A stretch of DNA of 64,000 bases from NCBI GenBank assembly GCA_036172245.1, contig JAYWIR010000050.1:558001-622000 (forward strand). The letters run 5' to 3'. The position numbers were made by a program, and so were the translations under genes. The notes under the pieces were generated by a model. The model saw only the letters and a program-made list of their open reading frames with translations, was not told where the DNA came from and ran no database searches. Origin of the DNA: Raillietiella orientalis (taxonomy: Eukaryota). Each line of letters opens with the position of its first letter. Positions within the stretch are counted from its first letter, which is position 1. Shown one piece after another: positions 13,370 to 23,973 of the stretch.

Positions 13370-14500
13370 CTTAAGCCTGAGCCACCTGCTCTTCAGCTGT
13401 GAGTTGGTGCTGAGAGCATACAGGGAGACTCTGGCAACCCTGCCGAGCTCGTGTCCCTGCACGCCTGCTGTGTCAGCCTATGCCGACAACGTTCTGCCCC
13501 TGCACCCTGGGTCCACCCCGGCATCGGCGCTCGAAAACTTCTTTGAGCTGCTGCGCCACGGGACAGGTCTGGAGGTGAGCAGAGAGAAATCTCGGATTGC
13601 TTTTACAAATACGAGGTAGGCTGGACGGCCGGACTGCATCCTCTTGGGGATCCCCACGGGCAGGTGCATCGAGTACCTTGGCGTTCCGTTAGGGGACTTC
13701 TGCGCAGCAGAAGCCTGTTCCGACCGTCTACAAAACGTGGAATTGGCTATCGGCCCGACCCAGAAGGGCAAGTTTTTGCTTACAAGAACGGGCCGCGGTA
13801 TGAAACGCTTCTGCGGCTCCACTCCTTCGCTTCGCACTTTCTGTTTGCCCTCCCCACCCATGATGAAATAAAGGATCGAGGACCTCCTAAGGAAAGCCCT
13901 TTGGGACACAGGGAGGTCCCGTGTCCGCTTAAAAGACTTGTGCGATGCACGCATGGACGGTGGATTGGGCCTCCTGCTGCTGGAGCGCATGGAGCGGCAG
14001 CTCCAATTCAGAGGACTCGCCCTTGCGCCGAAGTCTTGGGCGACTCCTTGGTGCGAACCCGCACACCCCCACGCCAGCAGCGGAACCGGCTGCGAATGAC
14101 TGTCCTCGATCCTTGTGGCATAACAGCGCAACCTGAACAACTGTGGCCGTGACCTGCGCCAGATGGTCTCCCTGATGAGGGAGAATACCTCGATCTCCTG
14201 CCTCCCCGCGAACTGCACTGCCTGGCTTCAGGAGTCAGTTTCCGCGTGCGCCAAGATCAACGGCTCGAGCGAGGCGGAGCACAACTGTCTCCGTCGAGGA
14301 CTCAACGCTCGACAGCCCCTGCAGGAGATAATCAACAACCGGCGGAAGTTTCTGTGGGCCTCTTTGACCCCCCTTGCCCCCGTGCTGTCCTCCCTCAAGA
14401 ACATTAGGAACAGCAACGAGCGAGCATTGTGGGAAGTGTCCTACCTCATCCGAGGAAGGGGAAATCCGCTGAAGGGGTGGACGACTCGGGAAGTATTGCA
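13370..14500 (+). mobile_element. Decayed 5'-truncated LINE RT and post-RT fragment (L1/Tx1-like)
   Basis: LVLRAYRETLATLPSSCPCTPAVSAYADNVL, ENFFELLR, GIPTGRCIEYLGVPLGDF, PANCTAWLQESV; colinear with the 28109 and 31250 copies; stops and frameshifts. Confidence 0.9.
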
Positions 14501-14699
14501 CGAGGATCCGCCACCGTCACCCCCACTTGCGCGAGACCCCTTTGGTGGCCTTCGGAACCTTCAGCAGGGTTTGGCAGTTTCCACAACGCGTGGACAGTGG
14601 CGATTTTGCCAAAGGCCTGAACGTCTTGACTGTCTGACCGGTCCTTTTATACTCCACTCAGCCGGACCACGAACGAGCTGGTGCGCCGTGGTGGGGAGT

Positions 14700-15110
14700 A
14701 TTTCCTGCCCATGAATAAAGAGTGGCGTGTGCAGCAAACGCTGCGTGAGGAGGGCGTCCTTGCTGGACACCTCCCAGGAGCCGCACCCACTCGTGGGCAT
14801 GACGGACTCCAGCTGGCCTTTTGGAACTCCAACACGCTGCAGCCCCTGGCCAAACAAGCGCCCAACCCGCTCAGGCATAAGGACACTCACCTTATACCTG
14901 AGTGCAGGCGTGTAGCCACTTGCCACGTACGCCTGCAGCTCAGGTCTGTGGGCGAAGGCCCCTTCTCAGTCCCGAGGGCGGGGACCTGGGCGAAGGTCCT
15001 TGCCGTCGGCAAGGAGAATGGCTCCTTGCTGGCGGACGTCGTCGCCATCTCCGGAGCGCAAACCGTTCCCCTATTTTTCTTTGGCTCTTTGCTTGCAGCC
15101 GTGCTCCGCA
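14700..15110 (+). mobile_element. LINE ORF1/ORF2 junction and APE endonuclease start
   Basis: LQLAFWNSNTL...HLIPECR...GSLLADVVAISG resembles the APE N-terminus; 14737-15015 recurs as a diverged copy at 23690-23955. Confidence 0.55.
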
Positions 15111-17149
15111 CAGGCACGGACGCAGCGAAAGGACAGAACACTCAGCCGCGCGCGGAGCGACACAAAAGCACGTCCGCACGCTCCGGGCGCTGACCAGGAT
15201 TCCCCAGGAGGAAGGCCAGTATGGGTCGCGCCTCCTTTCGCCTCCGCGTATCTCGCCACGGGAACGTTCGGGATATGTAAGGAGCACGATTGGTGGCCGC
15301 AGACGCTTTCCGGCGAGACGAGCACCTTGAATCATGGACAGCGCACCCCGATCAAGGTGGCTTCTTGGCATCGGGATGCATTTTAGCAGGCGAGAATGGA
15401 GAGCAAGGGGAGGAAAGGTACGACCCAGATTCAGGGGTCACGTCGCTGGTGGCATGCAGTCCCTCTTCGGAGATGTTCTTAACGAGGTTGCTGGTTCCTC
15501 AGCATCAGCACTCGAAGCCCAAGTTGCCGAGCAGACGTCTTCGAAGGAAGAATTCCCACCGTTTCGTTGTACTCTTTCGTATGGCACCAGCAAAAAAGTA
15601 TCAGCAAGTTGTACGAGATGATAGTGAAAAATGGAATCAGTGCAGGAAGGAAAATTAAGGGCCTCAGAGAAAGAAAAGGTGATGTGGAAATACGTGGAAC
15701 GTCAAGATTTGATGTGTCCCTTCGCTGCTTGTTCAGGATGTTATGCAAAGAACGAGGACGGAGATTCTTGTTAAAAAAAAAAGATAGGAAAAGGAAACGA
15801 TGGGATATCATGATGTCACGGAAGGTGATGAAGAAGAAGGGTAAGCAGCCAGCTAATAGCGCGTTCGAAGACTATCCTTTGAGGGTGAGTGTAAAAGGAG
15901 GATATTCTGATGATGATGCTCATGCAAAAGGAAGCTCCGTTTGAGCATTTCGAGAAGATGGTCGACCTCGAGGTGGTTTGTAATTGCGGATGATGGAAAT
16001 CATAATGAGAATGGAATTCACAGTTAGTGAAGGCCCGCGTCAAGAGCTCCTTTATTTTAGGAAATTCCTTGTGATTCGAGGTGGTGGTCCTGAGAAGATG
16101 GTTCTGTTGTTGTTCTCGGAGCCAATGTCACTTGCAGATGAATCTCTGAGAACGAGGATTTGATGCAGGGGGCATCCAGAATCGAAGACCGATGCTTATT
16201 CAATGGTGTTGTCGTAGGAAATGGGATCCTTTATCCTGGGAAACGCCATGTGGACTCACTGTGTTCTTCAAACCGTCTTTTTCTGTAGAGGAAGGTACAG
16301 CTTCATCCAGGGCATTGGATTCGCAGGTGCACACAGATTCTTGGATCCGAAAGAGAAGAATGTACCGTTAATGGGGATACAAAGACGCTCAGGGACAGCC
16401 ATTTAGTTGCACGAAAGAAAAAGAAACTGAAACGCACACCTTCTGCCCTCAACATGAAGAGTACACAGAAGGCTTCGATTTGCAAAGATCCTGATGGCTG
16501 TGAGAATCAATCGAGGCGTTCCCCTCTGTGAGCAGTGCGCGCGTCGTGTGCAGCGCCATCACGTCCAGGCCGTGTAAGACGGTGATTCATGGAGAAGAAG
16601 CATCTGGACCGCTCATATGGAGGAAACGAACGAGTTCGTCGCAGAGTGGCCCGAGCAGGGATGAGGTCCTTGTGGTCCATACTTCGTGAGCAACTTCTAG
16701 TTGCTCACGAGGAAAGGAGGTGGAGAAACGGAAGCTGCATCCATCTAACCTGAAGCTTCGACTTCTGGATGGACCCTTCAGCATGTTAGGAATAGGCGAT
16801 GAGACGGTGGGAGCGAAATGGGTCACCAAGAAGTGAGAGCTGAATTCACGTGACAGTTTTCTCCATGAACCCTGCAGAACGACCCGGGAATCTTGATTGA
16901 TTGTGGAAGCGCATCCCTTCTTAGAGGAGCGCAAGAGCGCGGGACGGGCGCTGGCGCTTCGCAGGGGATGAGCGGCGCTGGATCGGCGGAACGATCGCGC
17001 CATCGGCCAGCGTGCTTCGCCTTCGTTCTGGCTTTTTGGTGGCAGCTGCCGTTTCCTTTGCTTGCTGCTGACGCCGGTCTCCCGCCAGTTCCCTGGCAGA
17101 GCGCATATGACACTATGGTGGGAAGGGTAGCATGGCCGGTGGGCTCGGT

Positions 17150-17560
17150 GCATGGTGGGCAGGCGTTGCCGCGAAAGAAGTGGTCGGAGCGGGGCTGCGC
17201 GCGGGAACGGGCAAATCGAAGACTGGGTGTGGGAGTTGATCGTTTCTAAGCTCACGAGTTTCCGGTTTGTCCTCGAGTTGGGGATACTGCTGGCAAGGAG
17301 ACTGCCTCGACGAACAGACGGGAGTGCAGGTGAGAAGCTGCGGTGCACCGTCATCCAAGCCCGGAGCGTGGAAGAAGAGAGGGACTGGCGAGATGTGCGC
17401 ACCTGGTTGATCGGCTTGAGGTTTGGGGTGACGCAAGGCGGACCGACCACGTCCGTGGTATATTGGAGAAAGTGTGAGGTTGAGTGCGTCGTAAGAGTCA
17501 CGTAACGGCACGTGCAAATGTCGGTTGTCTCGCAGTGGAACGACTTCATTCCAGGGACTC
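17150..17560 (+). mobile_element. Decayed RT remnant of a second non-LTR family
   Basis: IEDWVWELIVSKLTSFRF (AFDSVxWxxLxxKL-like), LRFGVTQGGPTTSVVY (GVxQGxPLSP-like) and VSQWNDF (YADD-like) occur in the expected order. Confidence 0.35.
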
Positions 17561-17858
17561 GATGAAGCTCCCCTTCGACGCCGCGTCCTATGACCGACTA
17601 CCGAGCGACACGTGCAGCGGCGAAAGGGCGACGGCCTGGCAGTGGGGTCTGAATGGGGCGGAGTGGCGAGGAGGCAGCCGAGGCTGGACGGAAGAAAAGA
17701 AAGCGGAGGAAGGCCAGCGGCGGTCTCGTAGCAACGGACCATTGTTAGTCAAAATCATCCCCCATCGTCCCTGTTGTTCCTACTTTGGAGTCCCTGTTTC
17801 GCGAGGAGAAGGGCAACAGAAGGAGCAACGGAAGTTTTTAGCGGAGAGAGAAAGCCGA

Positions 17859-19610
17859 ATGACGGCATTCAAGGCGTGGATGCGCCCTCACTGGCTCCTG
17901 CTGCCAGCCCTGGCGGCGGCTGGCGCAGGATGTCTCCTCCTGCGGGAGAGGATCAGAAAGAAGCAACACACTGCAGGGAAGGTAAGTCCGTTTTCCTTCT
18001 TCCGCTGCTCCAGTCGTTTGGTTCGCGACCGCTTTCCGCGCACCTGTTCGAAATGAACGTGAGGAGTGTGGGGGAGGTTTTGGGGATGGAGGGGTAGCGC
18101 CCGGTGCCGCTACTGCTCTCGCTGTAGCCGCGGGCGTCACTAACGCCCGTGACGCCACCCTCGGCGTCATATCGCCTCGAACCGGAGGCGACGAGGGAAA
18201 GGAGGGGGCCTTTCCCATTTCCTCACTGCTCAGTGGCCCCCCGGGAGACCCCTCGCGACATGCGTCGCGCCTTACTTGCTTTCGTAGCTTTGTTTCCCGA
18301 GGCGCTCCGAACGCCGTCGGTGTTGCATGGTGCGTGCGCGCGCGCGCGTTGTCTCCACGCGGAAGACGCCTCTCCGCCGTCACCTGATGAAGACGCCAGG
18401 AGCCGAGAGAGGTACAGCGGGTGACACCCGTTGCCCGACATTCGACCATACCAGAAGGGACAACGAGGGAGGGAGCCCCAGGATTTGGAGGCGCGGCCGC
18501 TTTCCAGCGGCAGCTGCGAAAGGGCGACGCCTGCCGTGCCGAAACGCGCTCGTCCGGGAGTGCATTTTGCAGGGTTGAGCCGGCCCGGCGCCTCCTTCTT
18601 CCCTCATCTCCCTCCCGCATAGCTGTTTGTTGCAGAAGACGGATGCTCACCCGGAGGCCGGGCGGACTGATGAAGAGACGTCCCGCGCCGATGGTAGCGC
18701 CCTTCCCTACGTCGGGGGGCAGCCCGGAAAAGTCTCCGCACTAGTGGAGGACAACTTGCGCCTGCGGCAACAGTACCGAGAGGCGCTTCGGCAGGCCCAC
18801 CACTACCAGGTACGTCCCGTCCGCTCCGCTTGCCGCCGGGCCTCGGGGCTACCGAGGATGGGGCAGGCAGGCCCGGATGTCCGGCTCGCGTCCTCCTGCT
18901 TTCCGACACCCACCTTTTTCCAGGGGCTCTACCGGCTAAGCGAGCAAGCGAGAAGGGAGCAGAAAGAAGAGCTGGCGACCGCCACGCACATGTTGATCCT
19001 CGCTGCCGAGTTCCTGGAGGACAGCGACCCGACGCAGTCGCCAGGCAGCGCAGTGCGGGAGCAAATGGAGCCGGAAGTAGAAGACTTGGTGACTGAGAAC
19101 CCGGGAGAAGAAGACCTGGCGACTGAGAACCCGGGAGGAGAAGATCTGGTGACTGAGAACCCGGAAGAAGAAGACCTGGTGACTGAAATCCATGAGGGCG
19201 AGCAGGATGCGGACGGGGACGAAAGGTTGGCGGCTTTCGCTCCCGTCTGCCTTCCCTCGCCTTGCTGCGCTGTTTCCTGCGTGCCTGCCTGGTCCCGTCG
19301 TCCGAAAGAGGACGCCGACCCCGAACCCCCAAAATCGGACGGATCTCGAGAGCAGGAGCGCTTTTACGCCCATACTACTAGTAAGGTGGTGATGATCCGT
19401 GCGGTGGAGGGCTCCCCAGGAAAGCAGGAGGCGGTCTTCATGATTAAAAAGGACGCCACCAGGACGGTTGGTGGAGTCACCACCAGCTGCGCTTTGGGAA
19501 GCAAACGGATGACTGCAGAGATACCAAAAAGCCGTGACCCGTTGTGCTACGCCTACAGGATTGCTCCAGCGTGCTTCCAGCTACTCCACGACATGTTCCG
19601 CAGGCCATGA
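17859..19610 (+). CDS. Orphan protein with N-terminal signal/anchor, coiled-coil-like segment and acidic 10-aa repeats; join(17859..17981,18636..18809,18924..19610), 3' end uncertain
   Basis: MTAFKAWMRPHWLLLPALAAAGAGCLLLRERIRKK ends at AAG|GTAAGT. Acceptors TTGCAG|AAG (18636) and TTTTTCCAG|GGG (18924) and donor CAG|GTACGT are all phase 0 and in frame. The end is either read-through to 19610 or a further intron 19226-19308 ending at TAG 19381. Confidence 0.6.
19071..19190 (+). repeat. Coding minisatellite, 4 x 30 bp
   Basis: Units of ccgg(a/g)ag(t/a/g)agaaga(c/t)(t/c)tgg(t/c)gactga(g/a)a(a/t)c start at 19071, 19101, 19131 and 19161 and encode PxxEDLxTEN. Confidence 0.95.
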
Positions 19611-21389
19611 ATTTTCCGGTGCGTTTCCAGGGAACGGGGGCCTTGGAAACGACAAGAGGGGAAGGAGAAAGACAAGGAGGAATTGGAAGAAAAAGAGTAA
19701 GAGAAGTGAAAGGAAGAAGGCGAATGCCCGGCAGAGTTCGCCTCGCAGATGATTTTCCTGGGCACTGCCTCCTCTTCCCGGCGCCTCGCAGGCGCGGGTG
19801 CGTGTCACGACTCCACTCCCCATTCCTGTCTTTCCACCGGCGGAGCAGCGCGATCTCTTTGACTGTCGTTTCCCAGGACAGCTGCCCGCGCCCATTCACG
19901 TCCACCAAAAGTCGGCGCCAAGACGGGGGCTCTCGAGCGGGGGCGGACCGCTCTTGCAGCCTTTCCTCACTGGCAACCGACCCCTCCTCATGGTGTGGAG
20001 CGCCCGAAGGAGCCGCGGCGGATATGGCGCGAGGGCGTTCCTAAATAAACTTTCCATTCGAGGACCATCAAAATGTGGCGGTGTCGCGGCAGGGGTCAGT
20101 CTGCTGGAGGGAGTCGCCGTTGACCTGATTCCAAGCAGCAGGGTGCGGTCGGTGGAAGAAAAACCGCTCATGGAAGATGGATGGGATGGAAAGAGGGGAA
20201 ATAGCGTATCCACAGTTGCTGCTCCTGCGTTGCCCGGCCCCCGTTGCGGGCAGGAGCGACGCCTCCTTGACACTGGGCCGGTCCAGTGTCAAGGAGGCGT
20301 CGAAAATACGCAAGCGGAAGCACAAAGTGCCTGTGGGATCTAAGGGCCTTGCGTTCCTGCTTCCCGCGTCTCGTGGAACGGCTGGAAAGTGTTCCCCTCC
20401 CGATGGAACGAAAGCGGGTGCAGGGAAGCGAGGGGCAACCAGGGAACGGAAAGATGAGGAGGATGGGGGTGGAAGATTGATCGATCGCTTTGATCGATCC
20501 CCGGCACGCACTCCGAAGCTCCTTTTGCTGTTGCCTTCCCGGAGCAAGGAGCCTATGCGTGCACTTTTGGTTTTTTTCTCGCAGGCAATTCGCCTGCTAG
20601 AAGCGTTCCGCTTGCCGGACGCTCCATCCTTTCTGCACCCGCCGCGGTGGACTCCAGTATCTTCGACGCGCTCACCAAAAGGTGCACTCGCCTAGGATGC
20701 GTGAGGCCGTCACGTGTGTTCGCACGCGGCGGCGTACTCTTCTGCACACGAAGAGGCGCGTTGTGGCACCCACTTATCCGTGAGTGCGTGCCAGCGCCGT
20801 GTGTTGCTGCTGAGGGTGCGGCAACACGCAAGCGGCGGTCGCCTTCCCGCGGACTGCAACGTCCTGTCGTCGTCCAAGAGAGAATGCCATCGGGGATGCT
20901 GCCCACTGCCTGTTGCCCTTTCACCACGGCTACCAGCGATCCTTTTCTTTCCTTACACTCCATTTCGCTCGCCACGCGCCACTCGGCTTCGGCTGCGGAC
21001 TTGGCGCGTTGCCGACCCGCGTGTCGCCGATCCGAGCGCTTTCCTCTTCCTTCTCGCTTCTCGATCCGACGCTTGAAGGTTTCTCTGCGCGAAATACGCG
21101 CCCTTACGTCACCGAGTGGGAACGCCGCTGCAGTCTTCAGTGAGGGGGATCAAACCCGAGCAAGTTGGCATCTATCCGTGGGCCGTTGGCTACCGATGCG
21201 CCTTTCTGATGGAGGCTGGCAGGCTTGCAAGTTGATCCTCTGGTATCCTTCCAGGCCATGAAGGAGGCTTCCGAGGTTCCCTTCCGGCAGTGAGAATAGA
21301 ACTGTTCTTTCTCCCCACTCCCAAAGGACTCACCATCCGGGCTCGCAGGAACGATTATTATAGGAACAAACATACAAAGCGTACGGCCA

Positions 21390-22040
21390 TCGGCCATACA
21401 TTGTCCGAAAATGCTCGCAACCTGCCGAGTAACCGGCACGCAGACTGGCGAGGATCGCCTGGACTGCGGAAGGGAAGCGGAAAACAAAAATGAAAAAGCA
21501 TACAAGTCAGTAATAGGAAAAAATCTCAGGAGGGCCCTGAAAAAAGTCACTGTTTTCTGGGGCCAACGTGTACATCCTTTCGAGGATGCCGGTAAGTTGC
21601 ATCCGTGTATGGTAGTCAGGTGGGGCCATCTGGCTGCCGTCTCAGGAAGCGCAGGGCGAAGCAGATGGCGTCCCTGTCATCCTCTTGCATAGCTCCAGGC
21701 CGCGGCAATCCCACGTAGTCTGCAAAGAACTGCTGGGCATCAGCAGGCTCAAGACCATCGCGCACGAAGAGGTCTTTGGGTATGTCTGTGGCATCGTTCA
21801 CTGGTGCACATAGGGCGGTTGCAAATAGAAACCACAGAGGTCAGAGGGCAACACAGTCAAGAAGCAGGCTCAGGGGGTATTCTTGTACCCCGCACGCACT
21901 TGACGCATTTCTGGTCCACAGCCCTGCTGGTCCGGTGGAACCGGCGGGCGCTGCATTGGAGGCCCCATTGAAGCACGAGACTCATGCCACTTACAGGAGG
22001 GGGGGCAGGAGTGGGCTCTGTGGTTGGATCAGTGGTCCAA
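21390..22040 (-). mobile_element. LINE 3' fragment (C-terminal finger, ORF2 end, 3' UTR)
   Basis: Minus strand reads VLQWGLQCSARRFH...KCVKC and EDDRDAICFALRFLRR, then a T-rich tract and the family hairpin at 21432-21449. Confidence 0.75.
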
Positions 22041-22849
22041 CCAGGCGTAATTTAACGGAAGCCTGCCGAGTAACAGGAAGGCAGACTGATGATGACCCGC
22101 ACGACTCACGTGTCCGTTTTCGGCGTCGATCCTTCTCCCGGGGGGAATCGGAAACCGCCACGCTGGACATCACGCGCGGAAACCGCGGCCACGCGGACTC
22201 CGACCTGGACGACGTCCGCGAGTGCCGGAGAGTGTCTCTTCGGTCTCACGCACGCGCGTGGGGCGCTCAAGCGGATTTGTGCGACTGAAAGAGTCCGATT
22301 CTTCTCAACGCCCTCAAACCGCATCGGTTCTTCTGGTCCGTCCGCACCTGCGATCCGGATCGGAACGGGGTTTTTAAATCGACCACCCTCGTGTACTATC
22401 TGCTCGCGCGATGGTTTCCCGATTCATCCGGGCTGGCAACGAGCAGAGTGACTCGCAGCCAGGCAACTTGTAGAGCGTAACCGCAGACCGTCTTTTAACG
22501 GGATGGAGAGCGTCGTGGCTGATCGGCGGGCACGAGGGGGTCAGTGTCGATGCCGCCACCTCTCTTCAACGATGAGTAGGTGAAGACATCGGAAAAGGAA
22601 GCGATGAAATAGGAGGGAAGGAAGAAGAAGAGGAGCCTCGCCCCTCGAGTCCCTCTGGGTCCTCTTCGGCACTTCGAAGCAGACCAAAACGAGTCGGCAG
22701 ACCACCAACCCGCGTCGGCGATGGCGCGCCGGCTGCGACACGCAGTCTGCATCGGTGCGATGGATTCGAACCCGCATACTCCGGGGACGTTAGTTATAAA
22801 TGAAATAAACATTCAGGAAGAATGTGGTTAAGCCAATGGTGCGATCACG

Positions 22850-23260
22850 TTGTTTTCGGCTGCAATCTGCCGCGTTACCGGTTCGCAGACCACTGCAGTT
22901 TACCACAGCAGCAGAGGGGAGGGGTCAAACACAAAGGGAAAAAAAGAAACAAAAAATAAAATAAAATTAATAAATTTAAGGGCGGAGAGGGTGGGATGGG
23001 ATGGACCGTGTCCAGAAGAACATTGTCTTCTGGACACGGTCCACATGATCCTTTGTAGGATATTGGCATGGTCTTGCTGGATACGGCTTTTTAGTTGGGG
23101 TCATCTCGTTGCCATCCTCATGAAGCGGACGGCGAGGTGGATGTGGCACCACTGTCGCTGGGTCCTCCTCTTGCGTGGCTCTAGGCAGCGACCAATAACG
23201 AGGCTGCTGGAAGAAAAAACATTGCGTTCGGGAGGTGAGTATCAAAGTATCCCTGGATTT
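22850..23260 (-). mobile_element. LINE 3' end fragment
   Basis: Shares LHEDGNEMTP with IHEDGNKMTP at ~8715; T-rich tail (A-rich on + at 22935-22980); hairpin at 22879-22892. Confidence 0.65.
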
Positions 23261-23689
23261 GCCGCCGGGGGTTTCTTGGGTCGTGGCGAAGTGCTTCCGG
23301 TCGGAAGATACACTCCACTAGCAGTTGGGAGGAGGTTCCACGCTCCTCTTGTGTGCGATGAAGGCGCATCGGCGTCTGCGCATGTGGCCGTCCAAGTGTT
23401 ATCCTATCTAGAGGTCCACTGGGCTGGCGCAACGCCGCAGCGTCTGCGTCATAGGGATTCATTTGCTCCTTCTCATCTTCCTTTTTCCCCAAGACTGACT
23501 CGCGGTGGGGTTAGTTATTGAAACAAAAAGAACCATTCATACTACAGTGAAGCAAACACAGTACCCAATCACTGATGCGGCCCACGCGGGTACACAACTG
23601 GATCATCCTGGCAGCGCTGTTCGCAGTTCTGAGACAAGGTAGGAAATTTGTAGATGGGACTCTACCGCACGCCCGGATGTTTATTTATT

Positions 23690-23955
23690 AACGCTGCGTG
23701 TGGAGAGCGTCCTTGCTGGACACCTCCCAGGAGCCGCACCCACTCGTGGGCATGACGGACTGTAGCTGGCCTTTTTGAACTACAACATGCTGCACTCCTA
23801 GGCAAACCCGCTCAGGAAACGAACATTCACCTCATACCTGAGTGCAGACCTGTATCCATTGCCACGTACGCCTGCAGCTCAAGGCTGTCGGGCGAAGGTC
23901 GCTTCGCAGCCCCGAGGGCGAAGACCTGGGCGAATGCCCTCGCCGTCGGTAAGGA
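23690..23955 (+). mobile_element. LINE ORF2/APE start fragment abutting the inverted duplication
   Basis: Diverged copy of 14737-15015 (shared gcgtccttgctggacacctcccaggagccgcacccactcgtgggcatgacggact). Confidence 0.7.
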
Positions 23956-23973
23956 ACATTCGCATAGGTCGAG

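Noticed and set aside
19071..19190. Regularly spaced 30-bp repeats as a CRISPR array
   Set aside because: Head-to-tail units with no unique spacers, in frame inside an exon, in eukaryotic context.
7270..22100. CTGATGA motifs (e.g. ~7279, 11083, 14173, 18384, 22086) as hammerhead ribozyme cores
   Set aside because: No properly placed stem II plus GAAA and cleavage triplet was found by eye.
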